A DNA stretch of 64,000 nucleotides from Mobula hypostoma (Eukaryota): NCBI RefSeq assembly GCF_963921235.1, contig NC_086109.1, positions 24,926,001 to 24,990,000 of the forward strand, written 5' to 3'. This document shows, piece by piece, positions 13,253 to 26,146 of the stretch. The first letter of the stretch is position 1; every line of letters begins with the position of its first letter. The position numbers were made by a program, and so were the translations under genes. Below the pieces are notes generated by a model. It did no database searches, was not told the DNA's origin, and saw only the letters and a program-made list of their open reading frames with translations.

Positions 13253-13848
13253 TAAGATTATGATTATGAAGACACATAGTCCTCTTTTATTGTCATTTAG
13301 TAATGCATGCATTAAGAAATAATACATTATCTTCTCCGGTGTGATATCACAAAACACAGGACAAACCAAGACTGAAAAAACTGACAAAACCACATAATTA
13401 TAACATATAGTTACAAACAGTGTAACAATACCATAACTTGATGAAGAAGTCCGTGAGCACAGCAAAGTTCGAAGTTTCTTAAATGTCCCACATCCCATGC
13501 AGACGGGAGAAGGAAGAAAAACTCTCCCTGCCATGCCGACCACAATCCGACTCTGAGTCATCCGAAAACTTCGGGCTCTGATCAGCTCTCCGAGACCGAG
13601 TACTGAGCACCATCTCTGTCCGAACAATTCAACCTCCTTCTCGGTCGCCAAAAGCAGGCAAAGCCAGGGATTTTGAGGCCTACCCTCTGAAAGATTCACA
13701 ACCACACAGTAACGGCAGCAGCGAACGGACGTTTCAGAAATTTCTCCAGATGTTCCTCTATGCTTTCACGTCCATTCTCCATCAAATCAGAATTGTCCAC
13801 GACCCCTATTTAACCGATATGATATCATTTTAACCGAAGTGCTGCGTA
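13253..13848 (-). mobile_element. ~600-bp non-autonomous retroposon, copy 1
   Basis: Reverse-complement homolog of 57081-57683; AATAAA + (ATAATCT)-like tail; inserted in a CR1 fragment. A 3'-only copy lies at about 52708-52771. Confidence 0.8.
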
Positions 13849-14003
13849 CCCCTCCTTTTCCTTCAGTTCTGTGAAAAAGTCACAATGTTGCACTGCTGCT
13901 AATTCTTTCTTTTACTTGCTCCTAACTCCTGCTCATTTCATGAACTGCTGACACTTCCTGGGGCCATCAAACCATTACCCTACAGCAGAGTTAGTGTGTG
14001 TTG

Positions 14004-14141
14004 CAGCTGTTATAGGCTCCCAGGGATATACTGAGAGAGGGAGAGAGGGTCTCTGCCCCCAACTGCTAATGGAACTTATATATAGGAAATAGGTCCTGAC
14101 TAATGTGCTACGCGCCCCCCCCCGCCCCCCAATTCCAGCTG
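14004..14141 (-). promoter_or_regulatory. Candidate promoter: GC box, TATA/MEF2 (CTATATATAA, 14076-14085), E-boxes
   Basis: Motif cluster in apparently non-repetitive sequence, followed by a GTAATG donor at 13973-13978. Confidence 0.35.
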
Positions 14142-14563
14142 AAGAGCTGCTGATGCTCACTCTGCTTGAGATGGAAAATACCAGTCAGAGTCATCCAATG
14201 TGCACTGGGAAAGGGCGGCAAGCAAACCTGACAATTATTAACTGAGACGAGTTCTGTCAACATCAACATCAGTAAATAAGGAACAGGAACAGAAGTAGAC
14301 CACTCAGTCCCTTAATTTCCTTCTGTGATTTGATACGATCATGACTGCTTCTAGATTAGTAAGGACGACAAAGGTCTTGGGGAGAAAGCAAGAAAATGAG
14401 GTAGAGGGGGCTAATAAATCAGCCATGATAGAATGGTGGAGTGGACTCATTGAGCCAAATGACCGAATTCTGTTCCTATGTCTGATGGTCTTACAGTCTA
14501 AAGGACTGATCTTGGTTTAGGTTCCACTTTCCTGCCGTCTCCTATAACCACTGACGCCATTAT

Positions 14564-14652
14564 TGTTGTGTCTTTGCAACCACATATCAATTAAATAAAA
14601 GCACACATGCGAGAGATGGCTTTAACTGGTGTATGCACATGCAGCCAGTGTG

Positions 14653-14689
<37 letters not shown>

Positions 14690-17600
14690 AATGTGCATGC
14701 ATATACAACAGATCAATACACATACGTGGACAACAGATCAGTCATAGTTGCTCCAAAAGAAATAGATCCATACATCTCACTTCCTCCCCCTTTAGATTAC
14801 TGTAACATAAAACTGTATATGTACAAAACATTCAATTTCCCTTTTACAAGCCATATTCAAATAAACATGCTTTCACAATAACGGTCCATAACATCACTGT
14901 TCTATAAGTTCAGACTTTTGGGTGATGCTCTGTTTCTTTCAGGATAGTGCCTCTGGATCTGTGGAGGGGCATCAGGTTTGAGAGGTGTCTTGTCTAAAAT
15001 AATGTTCTCAGTTGCTGGTGTCACGTTGCTGTCAGTGACATGATCATCACTGAGAGGTAAATCCGGTGACTGTAATGTGTTCGTCTTGTTGGATGCAATC
15101 GACTCAGGAGTGTTCTTCAGTTGAGCATCCAGTATCTAGTCCACAGGATGTCTCCATATCGGATTTCCAAGATCCACAGTGTATATCACTGGTCCAGTTC
15201 TTGTAGCTATCCTACCAGGTGTCCACTTGTCTCCTTAGTAATCATGTGCTAGGGCTTCCTGTCCAACCTCGAATCTCTTTGCTGATTCACTTGGCAACTG
15301 GCTGAACTGCTTATTCTACACTTCCCTGCATAGGTCTGGTTTCAGGAGATGTATGAGAGATCTCAGATTCCTGTTCATGAAGAGCATTGCAGGTGTTTGA
15401 TTTGCCATCGCTTGAACAGAGTTCCGATACACAAAAAGGAAGTTGTCCACCTTGTGCTGTAGAGAAATGTCCTCCTTGCCCATCACTTTAATGGACTTCT
15501 TGAAGGTTTGGATAAACCTTTCTGCTAACGCATTCGGTGCTGGGTGGTGAGGAGCTGACTTGAAATATCTGATGCCATTTTTCTTCATGAACAGTTGGAA
15601 TTCTTCTGATGTGTATTGTGGTCTGTTGCCACTCACAATTTGTTCTGGTAAGCCATTTCAGGTGAAGATAGTCCTCAAGGCAGGGACAGCCTTGGCTGAA
15701 GTGGTTGACTTCATTGGTATAACCTCCGGCCACATCGAATGAACATCCACCGCAATCAGAAACATGGAGTCCATGAATGGCCCAGCAAGTTCAATATGTA
15801 CTCTTTGCCATGGTGATGATGGCCACTCCCATTGATGTAATGGTGCCTGTGGGGTGCATTTTGAACTTCTTGATATTCTGGGCAGCTTATGGCCAAGTCT
15901 TCAATCTGTTTATCTATTCCTGGCCACCACACATAGCTCCAAGCGAGGCTCTTCATGTTGACTGCACCCAGGCGTCCTTCATGCAGATTCACTAACACTC
16001 TGGTGTGCAGTTTAGAGGGAACCACAACACAAGATCCACACATCAGCGTCCTTTGACATACCCACATTTGATCTCATCTCACTGAGAACTCTGAAAACCT
16101 GGTGCTACCATGAGCTGGCCGTCCTTGCATGGTGATGTCATAGACTTTTGACAATGTCGGGACATTCCTTGTTTCTCTTTGTGTTTCCGAATTAGCTTCC
16201 AGCAACTGGTCCACCAATGCGGTGTGAAACACTTCTGCTGGGTCACAATATGAAGACTTTTCTTCTTCAGTTACTGTCAGTGGAAGATATGACAAGCCAT
16301 CAGCATTGCTGTGTTGTTTGGTACCCTTGAACTCTATGTCATAAGAGTGGGGTCCTAGGAATAGTGCCCAGCATTGTAACTGGGTAACAGTCATCACTGG
16401 AATTCCCTTCCTCAGATTGAAAATGGACACAAAGGGCTGGTGATCCCTCACTAGTGTAAACCTTTGTCTGTAGAGGTAATGGTGAAACTTCTTTATTCCC
16501 CATCCTAGACAAAGGATCTTTTGGTCAATCTGTGTGTAGTTGTGTTCTGCCCTCGTCAGGAATCTTGAAAAAAATGCTATCGGACATCCAGATCCTTCTT
16601 TCATAGTGTGTGACAAAACAGCTCCAATGCCATAAGAGGATACATCGCACATTATCTGAGCAGAGATGGGTCATAATGGGTGAGCAGTTCTTCGGATGTT
16701 ATTAGTCACTTTCACATCTTCCTAACCATTTCCACTTTGCTCCTATCTGCAACAGTGCATTCAATGGATGCAGTACTGTAGCAATATTTGGGAGAAACCG
16801 GTTGTAGTACTTTACAAGGCCCAAGTATGACCTGAGTTGTGACACATTTTCTGGTTTGGGAGCCTGTAGCACTGCTTCAGTCTTCTCTTGTGACTTATGT
16901 AAGACATGCTGGTCACTGACATGTCCACAATTTGAGATTTCATTCTGAAAAACTCTCTTTGTATGCAGACCATACTCACTCAGCCTGGTAAGGTTCTGGA
17001 GGTGCTCTTCATCATTCTCACCCATCACGAAGGTAACATTGTGTTCCTGGGATACCTTGTTGCACTTGGACTATTGCTTTTTGCCAACTGCTGGGGTTGA
17101 TGCAATGCTAAAGAGAAGACGATTATTCTGGAACAGTCCCTTCTGAGTGTTGATTGTGAAGAACTTTCTGCGTGATTCCTCAATCTCCATTTGCAGATAG
17201 GCTCGTGGCAAGTCAATCGTTGGAAACCTCTCCCCACCTGCCAAAGATGCAAAAAATGTCTTCTATTCGCGGCAGGGGATACTGCACAGTACACAGCACT
17301 GGATTGATGCTCACATTGAAATCTCCACATATGTGAATGGCTCCAACCTTCCCTTTCTCGATCACTGGACAATGGGCATGGGCCAATCACTCCACTCAAC
17401 CTTGCAGAGAAGTCTAGATACCTCCAACCTCTGAAGTTCAGCATCTACTTTCGAACATAGTGCATAAAGCACTGGATAAGCTTTATGGAATCTTGGTATT
17501 GCTGCTTCATCCAGTTCAACTCTGGTCTTCATGCCTTTGAGTTTACCAATACCCTACTCAAACAACTTCTCATTAGCAATAGGCAGCTATGTCACTCTCT

Positions 17601-19196
17601 GGTTAGTGCTATCATTCAGGCTGCAGTTGCCTGTTGATGTCAGATTGAGAGCGTTGATTGTCTGCCAGTCTAGTTGGATTTTTCTCAACCATTCACTCAC
17701 GAAAAGTGCTGGCCCTCCACTTTTCAATACATAAAGCTCTAACTGCTGTGTTTGGCCTCCGTACATCATGTTCACTTTCAGTTTGCCTCTGGGGAAAACT
17801 TTTTCACGTGTAGCTTTTTAGCATCACTGACATCTGCCCTAATGGTATGTTAGAACCAGTCCGTTGTAGTCAGCCTCTGGAATTATGGACAAAGCTGACC
17901 CTGTATCCAGCTACATTTTCAGTTTTACACCGGTCACATCTATTGTGATCCAGATGATTTTATGAAGTGCTTCAGTAATACAATGCAGTTCTAGGCATGA
18001 CAGCACCTCCCATTTGTCAGACTTTGTGTTGTCCGTTTCATATTCAGTCACTTTATGCATTTGTTTAGTATTGTGTTTGAAAACATTCACTTGCTTGTGC
18101 TTTTTGACTGCCTTGTGCACTCTCTCTACATGTCCTTGTCTTTGACACTTTCTGCAAACATTTTCTTTGAACCAACAGTCATATGCATCATGGGAGAATT
18201 AGCCACATCGATAACATTTTTGGCTTTACGCACCATTCAGGGACATTTTCTACATTTCACAAACTAACCTCTTTTTCTGCAGTTCTTCTGCATCCTTTGC
18301 TGCAGTCTCTAACGATATTGCCATGGCTAATGACCGTTCTGAGGTAAGTTTCTTTCGGCCAGTAACCTCTTTTGAGTGCTTTGACTATACATGCCACATA
18401 CAAGTCTCTCCCTTCATGCATCAGAAAGTCCGTCTCTAAAGTCTAAGTTTGCACAGTTCTGCAATGTATTGAGCAATGCTTTCATCCTTTGACTAGTTCT
18501 GTTTCTAAAATCTAAATCTTTCAGCTATTACCAGCAGTTGGCTACCTTACCAGCAGCTCAAGTGATTTTGTAAAATTGTCACAATTTCATTGAATGTCTT
18601 GCTTGCTGGCTTTCCAGGGGTCACTAAGCTGCATAAGAGACAGAACGTTCATGCACCCATTAAGCTCAGAAGCGTGGGCCTTTCTTGTGCACAACCATGT
18701 TGTTAGCCTTACAGCATAGTTCAACCCTCTCAATGTACAACTCCCAGCCTTCATTAGCACTACTGAATTTGTCAACTTTCCTGACTGAAGCTATTGCCAT
18801 GTTATTTTCACTTTAACTTTGCTAGTTGCACTTCTTTCACTGTGTACTATGCTGTAGTCACACTTCCTTTTGTTAGCGTCTGTGACGGCCTTCTCTGTAC
18901 TCTTTAGCTCTTTCCTCTTGCTGATTCGTCCCATTATTGTTGGTGCAGTTGGTGATCATTTCTGACATTCAGGTTCATACTTATCGCCAATTTGCTGTGT
19001 CTTTGCAACTACATATCAATTAAATAAAAGCACGCACGCAAGAGATGGCTTTAACGGGTGCATTCACATTGTAACGAGAGCGAGAGAGAGAGAACAATGT
19101 GCATGCATAGACAACAGATCAATACCTATGCATAGATAACAGATCATACATAGTGCTAATGGGAGTCTTCGCTCTAAAATAGATCAATACATTACA
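14564..19196 (-). mobile_element. Decayed full-structure Gypsy LTR retrotransposon (possibly Mag-like)
   Basis: LTRs at 14564-14779 and 18993-19196 (TG...CA). PBS-like TGGCGATAAG next to the 5' LTR; PPT AAAGGGGGAGGAAG next to the 3' LTR. RT, RNase H (CDVSSYGIGAVL), integrase zinc-finger (YVWWPGID) and core (NALAERFIQTFK) fragments in Gypsy order. Near-match 5-bp TSD attat/actat. Confidence 0.93.
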
Positions 19197-19677
19197 ACTA
19201 TAATATAAAAATCTGTCCAGTCCCACTTTGAATACATTGAAAGTCTCCATCTCCAACAATTTCATCGTACAGAATTCCAAAGGTTCATGATCTGTTAAGA
19301 GGAAAAAATTCCCTCCGAGCTCTGTGTGAAGGTCCACCCAGGTTATGAACACCTGACTTACATGCTTAACCTTTAAATATGAATGAGCATTTGGGAGATG
19401 GTAAGGATGGATTTGCCGGCTACCGATAAAATGCTGGCACTTTCTGCCATGTGGAACTCAGATTGGAGCCAGGCTATGAAAAGTTAACAGAAGCCTACTG
19501 TTATCTGTTAAAGGCCTGTATTCTAAGACTATACCTCATCCTCTGCTGTGTGGGAACTCAGATCGTGGCCACATACAGTATCTGTTCAGGTTATGAACAG
19601 TTTGCAGAAACAGAAACCTGTTGTTTACCTGGGGAAGGCCTGTATTCTAAAACCCCTACCTCTAGACTCTGGGTTAC

Positions 19678-20015
19678 GGGGTAGAGATCCTTCTCTACCA
19701 AAGGAGGTGTAAGGTGCTGCTTCCCTCCACTATCCTGCAGGTCACCCTCGGGAAAATTGTAGCACCTGCTTAGCCCCCACTCTCAGGTTCACATGAAGTC
19801 ATGGGAGCAGGTGGTGGATGGTCGTATGAGAACAAGTCCTGGTTATACAACCACTGACGCCAGGCAGACAATCTCTGAAGAGTATTGATGATGGCTGGGG
19901 TCACCCTTCTTGTAAAGACACTGCCCAGAAGAAGGCAATGGCAAACCACTTCTGTAGAAAAATTTGCCAAGATCAATCATGGTCGTGGATAGACCATGAT
20001 CGCCTACATCTTATG
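19678..20015 (+). mobile_element. RTE-related non-autonomous element
   Basis: Contains gaaggcaatggcaaaccacttctg, resembling the BovB/Sauria-SINE RTE motif (recognised from memory). Confidence 0.55.
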
Positions 20016-20017
20016 AT

Positions 20018-20295
20018 GTAGTGGTTAGCACAATATTTTACAGTACAACAGACCCAGGTTCCATTCCTGCCGCTTACTATAAGGAGCTTGTATATTCTCT
20101 CTGAGATTGTGTGGGCTTCCTCCAAGTGCTTCGGTTTCCTCCCAAAGTCCAGAGATGTATCAGATGGTAGGTTAATTGGTAATCGTAAATTGTTCCATGA
20201 TTAGGTTAGAATTAAATCAGGCGATTACTGAGTAGCTTAGCTCAAAGGGCCAGAAAAGCTGATTCCGTGCTACATCTCAATAAATAAATAATAAA
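20018..20295 (+). mobile_element. V-SINE copy
   Basis: gtagtggttagc A-box, ggttccattcc B-box, V-domain gtgtgggcttcctccaagtgcttcggtttcctccca, (aata)n tail. Confidence 0.7.
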
Positions 20296-21780
20296 CGATG
20301 GAACATCTAGACTCTGCCATGATGGGGCACACCTTTCAGACCTACCTTGTCAATCCTCCTCCCTTAAAGCCTCTCAATAAGGTCACCTCTCATTCTTCTA
20401 AACTACAATAAATCTGAGTACCATAGGTACCATTTGCTGCACCTTTGTTCATAAGAAAACCGTCTTCATCCAAGGAATCAACCTGATGAACCTTCTGTGA
20501 ATTGACTCACAGTATGTCAATGAATTAGATTTTAATGAAGGTGCAGCAACTTTTTGAAGCGGGATTGTTAGAGGAAATCTGTGGTTTTTATAAACAGAGG
20601 CATGACAATATAAAGAAAATAAGTTACGATAAACCCTTATAAGAGACAGATTAAATGCCAGTTGGAGAACCTTGAGCTGTTCCTGTGCAATAGAAGTTAA
20701 AGCCCTGAGAGACTGACGAGAGAAGAGCCCGGGGTAAAAGTTTTAGTCATGGTTGGGAGACTGCTGATGCAGGGGTTGTTCTCCTGAAAGAACATTAACT
20801 TGGGATTTTGTGGATATGAAGGATGATATATTTCTACTGGATGGAGCATTTGGGAACATAACCGAGATTTTCAAATGGAATAGTTATCCCCAGTTCACTC
20901 CCCCACCCCCACCGTGTGTGCATTTTAGACTGTTTCTTTTTTATATTTTACAATAACATTATTTTAAACACCAAGAAGTTCATAAGAGTTTATCCTTCTT
21001 GCCCAGTGTGCCCCTTATGTAAGGAGACCGTGGCATGAATGTGATCCCAGAAATGTGGCAGGCAGTCAGATCAGATAGATTCTCCCTGGCATCCTGCTGG
21101 CTGAATGAGGAACAGACCAAAGAGGAGGTTTCCTCCACCCCTCACCCACACCAGTTCACACCCTTCTACCAACCACACTGCGCATGTCCTGAGAGTGGCT
21201 GATGGGATAGATCAAAGACAGCTGTAGTCTATAAACATGGGACATTGCAGCTGGGATTTTGCTCTAAGTGTAATGCCTCTTTTTCGCCTTGTTTAAACTG
21301 AAGGATTGCTAGTCCAGTTCAGTGGGATCAGGTGATGGGTGTATTGGAATCAGTGTGCTTAGGATGGGAGAATCAGAGTTTGTAGGAATTGACAGTCTCC
21401 TTTTTCCTTTCAATCGTTCAACATTAAGCAAGAGTTGCCTGCCAAAGTTGGCCAAGATCCCATTAGAAAACATAAGAAAGAGGAACAGCCCAATCAGCTG
21501 TCAGGCCTGCACCACCAGCTAGTCGTGGCCTTGCTGATGTTGACCTCAATGTGACTTCTCCACTCTCTACATACTCCCTGAATCCATTCCAGTTCAAATA
21601 GCTGTCAGTGTCCTTTTTGGATAAATCACTGCTCCCATCCCTCCTCATCTCTGTAGAGTATAATTCCTCCAGATATATTCTTCCTCACCTCCAATTTTCA
21701 GCAGTGATCCCTTACTCTGAAATTCTACCCTCTACTTAGAGTCACAAAGTCATACAGCACTGAAACAAGCCTCTCGGCCA

Positions 21781-22193
21781 CAGGGGCGGCACTAAGGTGG
21801 TGCTAGCTGGTGCTATAGCCCCAGCAGAAATTGCAACAGCACCAGTGTAGCACCACCAAGAAATTAACTGAAATTTCACATACAAATTGCAGCTGCTTTG
21901 CTTTCTTTGTACAGTTTTGAATACAGCTTGTTTCTCCAGTTGATCTAGTGAAACAGCACCCCCAATTACCATAGCACCCATGCAGCAATAAAGTTATAAA
22001 CTCTGTCAGGTCCACTCTACACTTCTGCATATTCGTTCGTTGTCAATGTCTTGCCATTGCTGTCCTCAGATCAGTTAAGCTGATCTAAGATCACTTAAGG
22101 TGGTGATGTCACTCACTCTCACTCATGTGAGAGATTGATAGTATACATCCAGGCACAGGTCCATGGTCTCGTGAGACTAACGGATGCCCCCCC

Positions 22194-22230
<37 letters not shown>

Positions 22231-23986
22231 ACACACACACATTGTGCTTTCACAAGCTAGCGTGGGCCTGGCACGTGCATTATTTTGGTCGGTGTGAAAA
22301 ATGGATCGATTTTTAGTGAGAAAATGACCTCATCCAGAGGAATCAGTGGTGTCTCAGCCTGAGCATGTCTTAATTGAAAGTGACATGCAGAAAGAAGCAA
22401 GTGGCGATGAGGATGACAGCAGTTCGTCAAAGGAGTGTGAGGGCGAAGTAGAGGAACAAGAAATGGAGCGGGATTCGGAAGAGAACGTGGATGAAGCTGC
22501 TCTTAGTGCGAGTGGGAATACTGTTAGCGATGTTAGCCAGCAGCCTGAGGAAGGACCCCATCAGCCAGCATTGAAAAAGTACCCTTCGCTGCTCGCAACT
22601 GTTTGGCAATCAGCAAGGGAGTTTTATTTGTGGCTGGTTTGACTGACTGGAATATTTGATCACGAAAGATACTACGTTCTGCTTCGCATGCAGGCATTTC
22701 CTGTGTGGAGGACATGGGTTCCATTCTGAGTCTACCTTCACTGTCACCGGTTACCGCGACTGGCGGAAAGCTATAACAACTTTCAAAACCCACCATGTAA
22801 GTGCAGCTCATAAGTTTGCTATGGAGGCACGGGCCAAATTCAGACTGAGAAAACAAGACGGTTCAAGATTTTGAAATATGCTTGACAAAGGCCATGCAAA
22901 GATTGCCCAAGAAAATCCTGAACATATGAGAGCTGTGGTTGAGTCTATAGCAAGGACAGACAGTGAATGACACAGTGGAATTTCTAGCTCCAATGGGACC
23001 CTACCGCGATGCATTTATAGATTGATACCAACTAATCTGCATATCACTGACTCTACCTGTGACATCTGCCTCATGCAAACGGAGTTTCTCTTGCCTCAGA
23101 CGCCTCAAAAACTACCCAAGGAATAGCAGCGGCGATGCTCAGAACAGCAACTTGGCCCTGTCGGCCATAAACAGCCGGAGGACCGAAGCACTTGACATCC
23201 AGAAAATCATTGATGCTTTTGCCACTAATCACAACAACAGACGGATTGTGTCTCTCTGAAAACATCAATGGTGAGTGCAGTTAATTTTTTAAAAAATTTG
23301 GGCCAAGACTAATGCTAATTATTATTATTATTTTGTGGTGGATACCCCATAGTCCTTATGTTTCCTGCAAATCCTAAACTATTACGTTTACCGCTATTAA
23401 GCCTACTGGTTTTGCTTAGACTTCCAAGCGGTGATTCTGTTGATTTTTGTTTTAAATTCAGTAGCCGAATTAATTGAGGTATTGCATAGTTACAGTACGA
23501 TTTGTCCAACTCCTGGTAAAGCCCTACATCTGTTGTTTGCGTTATTTGACTTTAATAACGGTGTATGTTTTGGCATTGTCTGTCTATGTAATGCGAATAG
23601 TAGTGGACATTATGGGTTAGTGCTGTGTTTTTCAGATGAAAAGCACGCATTTGACGCAGTTTGCGGGATTGGTGCGTGATTCACGTTGTGCACTGTGGGT
23701 TGGATGCTCTGTTGGTTTGTTTGTTTATGCACTGTGTAGCCCAGGTTGTCTCTGATGCTGCTAACACTGTCACAGTTCACTTCTATATTATATTTATCAA
23801 TTACTGTTGCTTGTGCATCAACAGAGGCATTTATAGTAGGCACATAATGCTCGAAACTGACTTTTGAACGCTACGCGTCTGGCCTTGTAAATACATATTA
23901 CCATAGGGTACATCCCTCAGCACCATCACTGAATAATTCAGCCCCACTGTAGCACCAGCAAGAAAAAATCTCTGGCGCCGCCACTG
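21781..23986 (+). mobile_element. Internally deleted hAT (Tip100/Zaphod-like) DNA transposon
   Basis: TIRs caggggcggcac / gcgccgccactg; perfect 8-bp TSD ctcggcca (21773-21780, 23987-23994). TTF-type zinc-finger remnant (FCFACRHF...GYRDWRKA...H...H) and hAT dimerization remnant (LPVTSASCKRSFSCLRRLKNY). Confidence 0.93.
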
Positions 23987-24167
23987 CTCGGCCATCCAGT
24001 CTATGTCAACCCTCAAGCACCCATTTACACTAATCCTACACTAGATCCCAATTTATTCTCTCCTCACTCCCAACAAACTTGCTCAGATTCCATAACTCAC
24101 CTACACTCTAGAGATAATTTACTCTACCAGTTAAACAACCACCTTGTACATCTTTGAGATGTGGGAG

Positions 24168-24700
24168 GGCACATGTGTATATAGCTAGGGAGCCTAAAAC
24201 CTTTGCAAAGTACTGTAGTAATTTTATGTATTGGACTGTACTGCTACTGCAAAGAAAAAGTCATGACCTATGTGATGATAAACCTGATTCTGAAATGGGT
24301 CTTTATTGTTTACTGGGTGTGGGAAGGGAGCAGGGAGAGGAGAATCATAGTTGGGAAAAGGGGAATGGGAGAGGGGAGGGAGCAGGAAGCAGCAGAGAGA
24401 CATTCTGTACTGATCAATAAACCAATTGTTTGGATCAAATGACCCTGCCTACCGCCTCAGGGCTGGGTGGGTCTGCACGCGTGCCATCTCCCCATTCCTG
24501 GCACTCCTTCTCTGACTCCTGTCCCACACCTCTCCCATGGCGCTCCACCCTCACCATTCACAATGTCCTTTGCTCCTCTCAGATTTCCAAACTTGATCTC
24601 CGCTCCACATTGACAAATACAGAACTGTGTAAAGGTCTTAGGCTCCCTATTATATATATATATACACAGTATGTGACTAAGACTTTTTCAGTACTATATA
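24168..24700. mobile_element. Composite non-autonomous element bounded by Tc1-like mini-MITE ends
   Basis: tagggagcctaaaacctttgcaaagtactgta is inverted at tacagaactgtgtaaaggtcttaggctcccta; cargo includes a LINE-tail-like segment. Confidence 0.55.
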
Positions 24701-26146
24701 TATAGCTAAAAATCCTTCCTCTCTCTAGTTTCTATTGGCACTTCTGTAGCACTGGGTTTTCACAAGATGGGGTTGCTAGCCCCATGCCCAAGCTTCCTCC
24801 TTTTACAGCAAGGCTTGGGACCGACCGTATATGGTGGAGTTATAAACTGAATATCCTATTGGTAATATTTAATGCATGGTAATATACGCCTGAATTAAAA
24901 TCAGCACAATTTTGTAAGTGCATTCACGGGCTAAAATGCATTTCTTGTTTTCAAGTACAATTTAATGATTCAGGCAAATAAAAATTCAATCACTCTTTTA
25001 GCTAAAAGATTGGGATCAGATGTTGATGAAATATTCTGGCTGTATATTACTTTGTACGTTTATTTTTGTGTTTCTAAGTTGCTTGTTATTCCTCAAAGCA
25101 ATTTGTAAAGCTCGATTGGATATAGTCACTAACGAAGAATAAATGTAAATCTAGTCACTCCGTCTTCTGCAGTTTGTAAAATTCAGTCACAAACTGTATA
25201 TAATCGTGGTGCAGTGTCCCCACCTGCTGGCCATCTACCATCAGGGTAAGTGTTTCCCAGTCTCAGGGCGGGGCTGCACAGATCACTCAAGGGATTGTGT
25301 TGAGGTGCGATTGCACAGGCTGCTAGTGGCCCTTGTCGATGCATAGAAATGCTGTAGCAAAATCCAAGCCAAAGAATAAATACTGACGTCACAGAGTGCA
25401 AGCATTGACCTCTGCTCTAATCTTCTGATTAAGGACTGAGAGAAGTTTTAATTTCATTGACAGTTGCAGAGATATAAGATGGAATGCTCCCATCAGTTTA
25501 ATCAGTATCTAGTCCACTCTACAACTTCCCAGTGGAAATCCAAACCATTGCTTCTGTATTATTTCAGAAGATAATCGCTTCCCAATAGGTTGGAGACTGC
25601 ATGTGCTGAAATATGCGGCAGGACAAAACCTGCAGGAGGAACTCAGCAGATCGAGGTGGGGTGAGGGGTGGATACTCAACGTTAGAGGTTGCTGCACTGC
25701 ATCAAGACTGAGAGTGCAGAGGGAAGAGAGCCAGTAACACGGGATGAGAGGCAGGGGTGAGGCAGAGGTTTGTCAGTGACAGATGGCATCAACTAAAGAA
25801 GCTGGCAGAGTAGAACCAGGGGGAGAGGTGAGATATAAAGATAGGCTGGGGGTGATTTGTGAAATTGGATAAGGTAGGAGAAGGTGGGGGAGGGGGCGGT
25901 GGAGAATATAGACTGAGTCTGGTGGGCAATCGGTGCAAACAGACAAGGGAAATAAAAGAAAGAAAGAAGATTGGGCAGCTGGGAAAAGTAATGACAGAGA
26001 CTATAATTTGATAAATGGAACCAGAAAAGGGAGAGATGACTGGGGGGATGGTATTGGGGAATAGGAAGGGTAGGCAAAATAGGATGTTTGATTGCCTGTA
26101 GAATGTAGAAACTGGGGGAAGTTGATAGGAATATATCATGGACTTA

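Noticed and set aside
13223..13705. 160-aa ORF, similar to 57134-57463
   Set aside because: Lies within a repeated non-autonomous element; the frame is not preserved between copies.
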